Source of the DNA: Clostridia bacterium
Lineage (GTDB): Bacteria > Bacillota > Clostridia > Christensenellales > UBA3700
Length of the DNA stretch: 58,121 nucleotides
Assembly (NCBI GenBank): GCA_016287155.1
Contig: JAEEWC010000022.1
Location: 1-58,121 of the forward strand
Direction of reading: 5' to 3'
Shown: positions 9,639 through 17,340 of the stretch, one piece after another
How the letters are laid out: each line of letters starts with the position of its first letter
How positions within the stretch are numbered: position 1 is the stretch's first letter
The notes under the pieces: generated by a model
What the model was told of the DNA's origin: nothing
The model's input: the letters and a program-made list of their open reading frames with translations, nothing else
Database searches by the model: none
Program-made: the position numbers and the translations under genes

Positions 9639-10593
9639 AATCCCTTAAAGCCTTTAAAAGCTTTTCCATAGCGTCATAGTAGTTACCTTGTAGAGAGAAT
9701 CCTGCAGCTGCTGGATGCCCGCCACCGCCAAATGATGCGGCTAATCTATCTACACGACATTTTGGATCACTTCTTAGACTTACTTTGTATTCAATATCTG
9801 ATTTTTGAGTAACAGCGGCAGCAATCTTTATTGTATCAATGTTTCTAATTTCATTTATGATACCTTCTGTATCTGTCATTGATGTTCCTGTTGCTTTAAA
9901 ATCTTCTTGTGAGAAATAGATAATTCCAATTCTATTATCATCGTAGAATTTAGCTTTAGCTAATACCCTAACTTTTAATTGGAATACATTATAAGAAATC
10001 TCGTTTATAAAATGTTGAACGATTTCATTTGTTTTAATATCAAATTTATTTTCAATTTCTTGAGCAATGTTTTTAGTAATATGAGTTGTATTTGAATTCA
10101 TAAAATTACCAGAATCAGTAATAATACCAGAATATAAACAAATACCAATCTCTTTAGATAAACAAGGAGCAATAGCATCCATTTCAGTTAATACCTTATA
10201 TACAATTTCACAAGCTGCAGCCGCATTTGGGTCTACATAGTTTAATTTTGCATACTTTGGATTAGTTCCATGGTGATCAATACAAATGCTCTTTTTAGCC
10301 TTTAAAAATGCCTTACCATATTTACCTAGTCTTAGATCATCTGAACAATCTAGAGCCATATATAAGTCGTATTTCTTATCTTCAGGTGCTGTATTGTATT
10401 TATCAAAGTTTGGTAAATAAGATAATTTATTGTTGAATTCTGAATCACAAACAACATCTACATCCTTATTTAAATTCTTTAGCGCTTGATAAAAAGCAAG
10501 TGCACATCCACATGTATCTCCATCTGGGTTGATATGAGATATCAATAAAATTGAATTACTATTTAATACTTGATTAATTATATTTTCAAACAT
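9628..10593 (-). CDS. nrnA: DHH/DHHA1 phosphoesterase (oligoribonuclease / pAp phosphatase NrnA-like)
   Basis: Motifs HINPDGDTCG, IDHHGTN and GGGGHPAAAG. Lies between rbfA and truB, as in many Clostridia. Confidence 0.85.
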   Translation of the reverse strand: MFENIINQVLNSNSILLISHINPDGDTCGCALAFYQALKNLNKDVDVVCDSEFNNKLSYLPNFDKYNTAPEDKKYDLYMALDCSDDLRLGKYGKAFLKAKKSICIDHHGTNPKYAKLNYVDPNAAAACEIVYKVLTEMDAIAPCLSKEIGICLYSGIITDSGNFMNSNTTHITKNIAQEIENKFDIKTNEIVQHFINEISYNVFQLKVRVLAKAKFYDDNRIGIIYFSQEDFKATGTSMTDTEGIINEIRNIDTIKIAAAVTQKSDIEYKVSLRSDPKCRVDRLAASFGGGGHPAAAGFSLQGNYYDAMEKLLKALRDYVE

Positions 10594-10594
10594 A

Positions 10595-10930
10595 TTATTT
10601 TTCTGTTAATTTTTGGTTCATATATGCACCATATACAAGTGAATCATCATATATGAAATGTAATTCTGGTAGCGCACGTAATCTCATCTTCTTATTTAAT
10701 CTAGACTTGATATATCCTTCTGCGCTATTTAATCCTTCAACAACTTCTTGTTCGTGGCCGTCAGCTCCAAGAACGCTGATGTATACCTTAGCATAGCTAA
10801 GTTCTGTATCTACAGTAACTCTAAGTACGCTAATTAAACCTCTAACTCTTGGATCCTTAACGCCATCTTGTTGAATAACTAGAGCTAATTGCTTTGCAAT
10901 TTCAGCTTCTATTCTTTCTATTCTACTCAT
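10595..10930 (-). CDS. rbfA: ribosome-binding factor A
   Basis: 111 aa. Overlaps the infB stop. Position is canonical. Confidence 0.9.
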   Translation of the reverse strand: MSRIERIEAEIAKQLALVIQQDGVKDPRVRGLISVLRVTVDTELSYAKVYISVLGADGHEQEVVEGLNSAEGYIKSRLNKKMRLRALPELHFIYDDSLVYGAYMNQKLTEK

Positions 10931-13454
10931 GTTTTTCTTCCTCTAATAAGAATGTTTCTAAGATATCGCCAACCTTAAAGTCTGCGTAGTTGTCTAAACC
11001 AACACCGCATTCATATCCGGCAGCAACTTCTTTTACATCATCCTTCATTCTCTTTAATGATGCAATCTTACCTGTATGGATAACTAGGTTATCTCTTAAT
11101 AATCTATAACCACAGTTTCTAGCAATCTTACCTTCAAGTACATAACATCCAGCAATCATACCTACACCTGTAATCTTGAATAAGTCTCTGATTTCTACCA
11201 TACCTAAAGCTGTTTCTTTGTATGTTGGAGCAATCATACCAGATAAAGCTGCATTAATATCATCAATAGCATCGTAGATAATACTGTATGTTCTAATATC
11301 AATACCATCTCTTTCAGCTTGAGCTTTAGCCTTTGATTCTGGTCTTACATTGAATCCTAATACGATTGCGTTTGTTGTATCAGCAAGCATAATATCTGAT
11401 TCGTTAATAGCACCAACACCAGCATGGATAACCTTAATCTTAACGTTATCTTCTGCTCTTTCTTCGTTAAGTTTTAGAAGAGCTTGTTTTACAGCTTCGC
11501 AAGTACCTTGTACATCTGACTTGATAATAACAGCAAGAACTTTAACTTCACCAGATTGTTCTTTTAATAAATCTTCAAGTGTTCTTGTTGATGTAGCTTG
11601 CATTGCATTTCTTTCTTTTTCAATTCTTTCTTCAGCAACGTGCTTAGCAAGTTTTTCATCCTTAACAACGATGAATGTATCACCTGCATTTGGAACTGAT
11701 TGGAATCCTTGTACTTGTACAGCATATGATGGATATGCTTCCTTACATGCCTTACCTGTACAATCTGTCATAGCTCTTACTCTACAAATATTTGTACCAG
11801 CAACTAAGAAGTCCTTAATCTTTAGAGTACCGTTCTTTACAAGAACAGTGGCAACTGGTCCAATTGATTTATCTAATCTAGCTTCAATGATAGAACCAGA
11901 TGCTGGAACTTTCTTTGTAGCCTTTAGATCAAGCATTTCTGCAACAAGTAGAACGCTCTCTAATAACTTATCTACGCCTTGACCAGTCTTAGCACAGATT
12001 GGGCAAACGATTGTATCACCGCCCCATTCTTCTGGTAAAAGGTCATAATTTGGCAATTGTTGTAATACCTTAGAATAATCACCATTTGTTTTATCAATCT
12101 TGTTTGCAGCAACGATAATTGAAACGCCTGCTTCTTTAGCATGGTTAATAGCTTCAATTGTTTGAGGCATGATAGCATCATCTGCAGCAACAACGATAAT
12201 AGCAATATCTGTTACTTGAGCACCACGCTTTCTCATAGCAGTGAAAGCTTCGTGTCCTGGTGTATCTAAGAATGTAATCTTTTCGCCGTTTACATCAATT
12301 GTATAAGCACCGATATGTTGTGTAATACCGCCAGCTTCTGTAGCGATAACATTTGTCTTTCTAATATAGTCAAGAAGTGATGTTTTACCGTGGTCAACGT
12401 GACCCATGATTGTAACGATTGGAGGACGCTTAACCATCTTTTCGTTTGTATCATTTGTATTGATTAATTCTTCTAGCTTATCTTCGGCTGTCTTTTCCTT
12501 TTCTAAAGTTAAAGTAATGCCGTAATCCATAGCGATAAGTTCAGCTTCTTCAAAAGTGATAGAAGAATTGATAGTAATCATCTTTCCTAATTCGAAGAAT
12601 TTCTTAACTAAATCTGCAGCTGGTTTACCAATCTTTTCAGAGAAAGTCTTTAGTGGTACGATATCTGAAGTTAAAACTGCTTCTGTGATTTCAACACGTT
12701 GAATTGGTTCATGCTTCTTTTCTTTCTTGTTTCCTCTGATTCTTACGATTGAATCGTCATCATCCATAGCTTCTAGTGATGAATCGTATTCATAACCACG
12801 CTTGAATAAATCACGCTTAGATAAACCACCCTTTTCCTTTGGTTCTACAACTGCCTTTGGAGGATTTTTCTTTGTTCTTTGTGTATCTTTCTTTTCAACG
12901 ATATCTGAAGCAACAAAGTTAGAAGGTTGTTGTTTGAATCCAGGTTTACCATTTTGATTAAATCCAGGCTTTCTGTTTGGATCGAATGGAGGACGAGGTC
13001 CATTTTGATTGAATCCTGGTTTTCTATTTGGGTCAAATGGAGGACGTTGTCCATTTTGATTAAATGGAGGCTTTTGTCCGTTTTGAGGTCTTGGTCCTTT
13101 AGGTCCTCTACCAAAATCTGTAACAACATACTTTGGTTGTTCAGCTTGTGGTTCTGCTTGAGGAGCTGGCTTTGGAGCCTCTTTTTCAACTTCTTCAACC
13201 TTTTCTTCCTTTACTTCTTCTTGAGCAACAGGAGTTTCTTCAACTACTTGTTCTTCTTGTTTTACTTCTTCAACCGCTACTTCTTCTTGTACTTTTTCTT
13301 CAGTAGAAGCTAAAGGTGCTCTCTTTGAATATTCATCATCAAGCTTAGCTTGAGACTTACCCAATACTTGAGCAGCTTGTAACAAGATCTCCTTATATTT
13401 ATCTAGCGATGATATGCTAGTGCTTATAAACTCGCCTAAATCTTTAATTTCCAC
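10923..13454 (-). CDS. infB: translation initiation factor IF-2
   Basis: G-domain motifs GHVDHGKTSLLD, DTPGHEAF and NKID. GTG start with GGAGG 8 nt upstream. N-terminal region is low-complexity and repeat-rich. Confidence 0.97.
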   Translation of the reverse strand: MEIKDLGEFISTSISSLDKYKEILLQAAQVLGKSQAKLDDEYSKRAPLASTEEKVQEEVAVEEVKQEEQVVEETPVAQEEVKEEKVEEVEKEAPKPAPQAEPQAEQPKYVVTDFGRGPKGPRPQNGQKPPFNQNGQRPPFDPNRKPGFNQNGPRPPFDPNRKPGFNQNGKPGFKQQPSNFVASDIVEKKDTQRTKKNPPKAVVEPKEKGGLSKRDLFKRGYEYDSSLEAMDDDDSIVRIRGNKKEKKHEPIQRVEITEAVLTSDIVPLKTFSEKIGKPAADLVKKFFELGKMITINSSITFEEAELIAMDYGITLTLEKEKTAEDKLEELINTNDTNEKMVKRPPIVTIMGHVDHGKTSLLDYIRKTNVIATEAGGITQHIGAYTIDVNGEKITFLDTPGHEAFTAMRKRGAQVTDIAIIVVAADDAIMPQTIEAINHAKEAGVSIIVAANKIDKTNGDYSKVLQQLPNYDLLPEEWGGDTIVCPICAKTGQGVDKLLESVLLVAEMLDLKATKKVPASGSIIEARLDKSIGPVATVLVKNGTLKIKDFLVAGTNICRVRAMTDCTGKACKEAYPSYAVQVQGFQSVPNAGDTFIVVKDEKLAKHVAEERIEKERNAMQATSTRTLEDLLKEQSGEVKVLAVIIKSDVQGTCEAVKQALLKLNEERAEDNVKIKVIHAGVGAINESDIMLADTTNAIVLGFNVRPESKAKAQAERDGIDIRTYSIIYDAIDDINAALSGMIAPTYKETALGMVEIRDLFKITGVGMIAGCYVLEGKIARNCGYRLLRDNLVIHTGKIASLKRMKDDVKEVAAGYECGVGLDNYADFKVGDILETFLLEEEKHE
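12937..13090 (-). repeat. in-frame 51-nt tandem repeat in the IF-2 N-terminal region
   Basis: Units 12961..13011 and 13012..13062 are near-identical, with partial copies on each side. They encode NQNG(Q/P)RPPFDPNRKPGF twice. Confidence 0.85.
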
Positions 13455-13477
13455 GTTTATTAATCCTCCAAAAAACG

Positions 13478-13771
13478 TTATTTATTCTTTATAATCGCCT
13501 CTGATAGCGATTCATCAATAATGCCAATCATCTTTACATTATTGCGTTTAAGTAAGTTGTTTAAATAGTTTTCTTCAACTTCTATTAACTCAACTTCGTT
13601 TTGTTCTGCAAAATAATCTAATTGTTTCTTACTATTTGCACCTAAAGTTTTATCATAGATAATTACATATGGTAGAAATTTAGATTTTTTAATGAAATCC
13701 AATCCCCATAATACCTTGTTTGCTTTTACAGCAAAATGGATATACGAATTACACTTTTGATTCAAACTCAT
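13478..13771 (-). CDS. ylxQ: L7Ae-family RNA-binding protein YlxQ-like
   Basis: Lies between ylxR and infB. Roughly 97 aa counted from MSLNQKCNSY. The ORF track extends the frame to 13798. Confidence 0.7.
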   Translation of the reverse strand: MSLNQKCNSYIHFAVKANKVLWGLDFIKKSKFLPYVIIYDKTLGANSKKQLDYFAEQNEVELIEVEENYLNNLLKRNNVKMIGIIDESLSEAIIKNK

Positions 13772-14015
13772 TTTTAATGCTTTCGTATGTGGCTTCATCT
13801 ACTGGTGTTTCAAAAGCCTTATTCAATAGCTTATTTGCTACTAATTTATTAATACAGTTAATATCGTTACAGATATATGCTCCTCTTCCTACTTTTTTGC
13901 CTGTAAAATCCAAAGATATAGCGCCTTCTTTTGATCTTACAACTCTAATTAGGTCCTTCTTATCTTTACGCTCTCTACAAGCAATACACATTCTTTGAGG
14001 TAGTTTCTTTTCCAT
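13749..14015 (-). CDS. ylxR: YlxR-family (DUF448) RNA-binding protein
   Basis: RMCIACRERKDKKDLIRV motif. Immediately downstream of nusA. Confidence 0.9.
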   Translation of the reverse strand: MEKKLPQRMCIACRERKDKKDLIRVVRSKEGAISLDFTGKKVGRGAYICNDINCINKLVANKLLNKAFETPVDEATYESIKNEFESKV

Positions 14016-14016
14016 A

Positions 14017-15126
14017 TTAATAGTTTTCTCCTGATTCCTCGCTCATCTTCTTAACATCGATCTTCCAATCTGTTAATTTAACAGCAAGTTTTGCATTGTA
14101 ACCTTTCTTACCGATTGCCTTTAGGTACATTTCATCTGGAACTAAAGCCTTAGCTGTCTTTAGTGATTCAACGATAGCAACAGCTACAACCTTTGCTGGA
14201 GATAAAGCTCTAGCAATGAATTCTGCTGGATCATCGCAATATGGTACGATATCGATATTTTCACCATTGATTTCTTCAACGATGTTTGTAATTCTCATAC
14301 CCTTTTGACCAATACATGCACCAACTGCATCGATTGTTGGATCTGTAGCAGCGATAGCAACCTTTGTTCTGTATCCTGGTTCTCTAACGATCTTCTTGAT
14401 TACAACAAGGCCAGCCTTAACTTCTGGAATTTCCATTTCGAATAATCTTCTAATGAAACCATTGTTTGTTCTAGAAACAAGAACATGGCTATTTCCTCTT
14501 GAATCTGTAGAAATCTTACGAACGTATACCATTAATCTCTTACCAACTGTATATTCTTCTGTTGGAACTTGGTCTCCCTTTAGCATTAAGCCTTCCATTT
14601 GAGAACCTGAGATATCTACATATATATTGTCGCCTTCGATTCTTCTGATTTGGCAAGAAACGATTTCTCCTTCCTTCTTAGCCATTTCTTCGTAAACGAT
14701 GTTCTTTGTAGCATCATTTAACTTTTGAATTACTACTTGCTTAGCTGTTTGAGCAGCAATTCTTGAAAAATCCTTTGGCTTTAAATCTTCAGAGATAACT
14801 CCGCCGATTTGAGCTTTCTTGTCGATTAATAGAGCATCTTCTAGAGAAATTTCCTTCTCTGGATCTTCTACTTCTTCTACAATTTTCTTGTAAGCAGAAA
14901 CTCTAATAGTACATTTTTCACTGTTTAATTGGATAAGAATATTACGAGCTTCTCCGCATTCTTTCTTATAAGCAGATGAAATACCTGCAGATAAGTATTC
15001 AATGAATTGATCTTTGCTAATCTTAGCTGTAGCTTCTAATTCATCTAAGGCTTGAAAGAATTCTTTGCTTGTAATTTCTCTCTTTGCACTACTTGCTTTT
15101 GTAGTACCCTTTGTTGTGTTTGCCAT
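14017..15126 (-). CDS. nusA: transcription termination/antitermination factor NusA
   Basis: S1 and KH domains, with GACIGQKGMRI. Start at MANTTKG with GGAGG 6 nt upstream. The ORF track extends the frame to 15156. Confidence 0.95.
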   Translation of the reverse strand: MANTTKGTTKASSAKREITSKEFFQALDELEATAKISKDQFIEYLSAGISSAYKKECGEARNILIQLNSEKCTIRVSAYKKIVEEVEDPEKEISLEDALLIDKKAQIGGVISEDLKPKDFSRIAAQTAKQVVIQKLNDATKNIVYEEMAKKEGEIVSCQIRRIEGDNIYVDISGSQMEGLMLKGDQVPTEEYTVGKRLMVYVRKISTDSRGNSHVLVSRTNNGFIRRLFEMEIPEVKAGLVVIKKIVREPGYRTKVAIAATDPTIDAVGACIGQKGMRITNIVEEINGENIDIVPYCDDPAEFIARALSPAKVVAVAIVESLKTAKALVPDEMYLKAIGKKGYNAKLAVKLTDWKIDVKKMSEESGENY

Positions 15127-15136
15127 TTTCGTCCTC

Positions 15137-15595
15137 CTAAAATTTGATAGCGACATGGATTACCGCTATATCTTTTATATTCAAATTTAATATTTTTCCT
15201 TTATATTCAACATCGATGTTATCTCCGTTGTACTTAACTAATTTTGCTTCGAACTTCTTTAGCTTATCAATTGGAGCATATAAAGAAATTTCTACGTCTT
15301 CATTTAGATGCTTTTCAAAATCCTTTTGTGTTTTGAATGGTCTATCTAAACCAGGAGAAGATACGTTAAGATTGTAAGCCTTACCTTGAGTTGGGTCTAA
15401 TTCATCTAGTGGATCTGAAATAGCATTATGAATTAATTCACATGCGTTTAGGTCCATTCCGCCTTCCTTGTCTACATAAACGATTAAAGTATCTTGTCCA
15501 TATAGTTTTTTGAATTCTACATCAACAAGTTCCATACCATTTTGATTAATGATAGGTTCTACTAATTTTGCAACTTCTTCACAAATCTTTGACAT
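15137..15595 (-). CDS. rimP: ribosome maturation factor RimP
   Basis: First gene of the nusA-infB operon. Start at MSKICEE with GGAG upstream. The ORF track extends the frame to 15610. Confidence 0.9.
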   Translation of the reverse strand: MSKICEEVAKLVEPIINQNGMELVDVEFKKLYGQDTLIVYVDKEGGMDLNACELIHNAISDPLDELDPTQGKAYNLNVSSPGLDRPFKTQKDFEKHLNEDVEISLYAPIDKLKKFEAKLVKYNGDNIDVEYKGKILNLNIKDIAVIHVAIKF

Positions 15596-15610
15596 ATTAC
15601 TCCTTTGCAT

Positions 15611-15636
15611 AAGAAAAGCGACTTTTTCAAGTCGCC
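15611..15636 (-). promoter_or_regulatory. terminator-like hairpin in the rimP-nusA leader (candidate attenuator)
   Basis: Minus strand: GCGACTT-GAAA-AAGTCGC followed by TTTTCTT. It ends about 10 nt before the rimP SD. A separate terminator for the upstream gene already lies at 15722..15750. Confidence 0.55.
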
Positions 15637-15721
15637 TTCAAGTCATATACTTTAAAACTAATATTATAATACGCATAATAAATATAAAAGTAAAGCATTT
15701 TGCATAAATTTGTTTAAATCA

Positions 15722-15750
15722 TAAAAAATTGACCACCTATCGATGGTCAA
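15722..15750 (-). terminator. intrinsic terminator after the zinc-ribbon/poly-Glu gene
   Basis: Minus strand: TTGACCA-8 nt loop-TGGTCAA followed directly by T6. Confidence 0.75.
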
Positions 15751-15772
15751 CTTTTATTCATCATTTATCTAA

Positions 15773-16225
15773 TTAAGACTTATAAATGTTGTTGAAAATC
15801 TTAAGTAGGCTCTTTAGAGAATCATTGATTTCTGATAAAGAAGATGCGATTGAAGCTAATGACTTGTTGTCAACTTCTGGAGCAGCAATGATAGGAGCAA
15901 CAGCTGGAGCAGCCTTTTCTTCCTTCTTTGGCTCTTCTTTCTTAACTTCTGGAATTGGAGCAGCCTTTGGAGCTTCTTCTTCCTCTTCTTCTTCCTCTTC
16001 TTCTTCAACTACAGGAGCTTTCTTAGCTGGAAGTTTCTTTGGAGCAACAGCTGCTGGAGCTTCCTCTTCCTCTTCTTCTTCCTCTTCTTCAACCTTCTTA
16101 GCTGCTTCTTCTGCTTTAGCCTTTAATCTGTAGATTTTCTTACAATCTGTACAGTATAAAACAACTTCACCAGTCTTTGTCTTTTTCTTTACTAATTCGT
16201 TTCCGCAAACTTTGCACTTTGCCAT
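15773..16225 (-). CDS. hypothetical zinc-ribbon protein with two poly-Glu tracts
   Basis: CKVCGN...17 aa...CTDCKK at the N-terminus. Two E10-E11 runs are each followed by AP(A/K)A. The C-terminus is an amphipathic helix. GGAGG lies upstream of the ATG. Confidence 0.7.
   Translation of the reverse strand: MAKCKVCGNELVKKKTKTGEVVLYCTDCKKIYRLKAKAEEAAKKVEEEEEEEEEEAPAAVAPKKLPAKKAPVVEEEEEEEEEEEAPKAAPIPEVKKEEPKKEEKAAPAVAPIIAAPEVDNKSLASIASSLSEINDSLKSLLKIFNNIYKS
15968..16090 (-). repeat. direct repeat of GAA/GAG-rich DNA encoding the two poly-Glu tracts
   Basis: ggagcttc(t/c)tcttcctcttcttcttcctcttcttc occurs at about 15968..16006 and again at about 16056..16090. Confidence 0.8.
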
Positions 16226-16392
16226 AATATTTTCCTCCGATATAGATTGTTTTTAGATAACATTAAATATCATAGCGCATTTTAGAAAAAAAATCAAAAT
16301 ATTTCTTAGAAAATGCCCGTACGAGCGAGAAAATTTATATCTTAAATTAAAATTTAGGTAATTTGTGTTATACTATTTTGCGAGAGGTAGAA

Positions 16393-17340
16393 ATGGAAAA
16401 TATTACGGGCGTTATTAAAACACAATTAGACTTACAAAAAATCAATGATATGGCTGATAGCGATTTAGATTATTTAGTTAAATTTTCCGCTAAAAAATAT
16501 CAAGATGAAATCGAAGTAATCGCAAATAATATTATTTATGGTTCAAAGAGATTTGTTTTATTATCTGGACCATCTTCTTCAGGTAAAACAACAACCTCAC
16601 ATATGATAGCTAAGCATCTTAACGCATTAGGAAAAGGTTGTGTATATATTTCATTAGATGATTTCTTTATTAATAGAGATCAAACCCCAATTTTGCCTGA
16701 TGGTAAATACGATTTTGAAAACTTTGATATCTTAGATTTAGACAAGATTAATTCTTGTATTACTGATTTAATTACAAAATATGAAACAGATCTTCCAATT
16801 TTTGATTTCGTAACAGGAAACAGAAAAAAAGAAGTTAACCATATTGAAGTTAGCCAAGATGATGTAATCATCATTGAAGGTACACATGCTCTAAATCCAA
16901 AGCTTTTAAGAATGGATACTTCTCTATTCTACAAGGTTTATATTTGTGTTTATTCAAACTTCCAAATCAATGGAACAACTATCATCCCAGCTAAACTATT
17001 AAGATTCATGAGAAGATTAATCCGTGATGCTCAAACAAGAGGTACAGGTATCGAAGAAACATTATCTTTATGGAATAATGTATGTGCAGGCGAAGATAAA
17101 TACATAAAGCCATATAGAGTTGCTGCTAATTATCTTTTAGATACTACACACCCATACGAGCCACTTTTATACCATACATATCTTGAAAAGATGCTAAAAG
17201 GTTCGAAGAATCCTTATGGTATTGAATTATATGAAAAATTACAATTCTGCGGATATTTAACAGAAGATGTAGTTCCAGATGATTCTCTACTTTGGGAATT
17301 TTTAGTTAAAGGCTCTAACAAAGATAAAATGTTAAAGTAA
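16393..17340 (+). CDS. uridine kinase / PRK-family nucleoside kinase-like protein
   Basis: P-loop LLSGPSSSGKTTT, plus IIIEGTHALNP. Start at MENITG with GAGAGG upstream; the ORF track starts at a TTG at 16363. This is the only plus-strand gene I support. Confidence 0.75.
   Translation: MENITGVIKTQLDLQKINDMADSDLDYLVKFSAKKYQDEIEVIANNIIYGSKRFVLLSGPSSSGKTTTSHMIAKHLNALGKGCVYISLDDFFINRDQTPILPDGKYDFENFDILDLDKINSCITDLITKYETDLPIFDFVTGNRKKEVNHIEVSQDDVIIIEGTHALNPKLLRMDTSLFYKVYICVYSNFQINGTTIIPAKLLRFMRRLIRDAQTRGTGIEETLSLWNNVCAGEDKYIKPYRVAANYLLDTTHPYEPLLYHTYLEKMLKGSKNPYGIELYEKLQFCGYLTEDVVPDDSLLWEFLVKGSNKDKMLK

Noticed and set aside
11350-11982. 210-aa plus-strand ORF, with similar antisense ORFs at 2828..3169, 12927..13313, 19973..20350, 26384..26764, 45440..45778, 46210..46704 and 51421..51846
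   Set aside because: All are embedded antisense in strongly supported conserved genes (infB, xseA, rseP, pyrH, hisF, hisA, hisZ). Their Ser/Ile/Phe-rich compositions are typical of shadow frames in AT-rich DNA.
15968-16090. Possible CRISPR-like or other non-coding repeat array
   Set aside because: There are only two copies. They are purine-rich trinucleotide repeats, in frame, and encode poly-Glu. No spacer-repeat periodicity and no cas genes are present.
15786-16133. 115-aa plus-strand ORF with poly-Ser tracts
   Set aside because: It is the mirror frame of the GAA/GAG poly-Glu repeats. The minus-strand ORF has the SD, the Zn-ribbon and the terminator.
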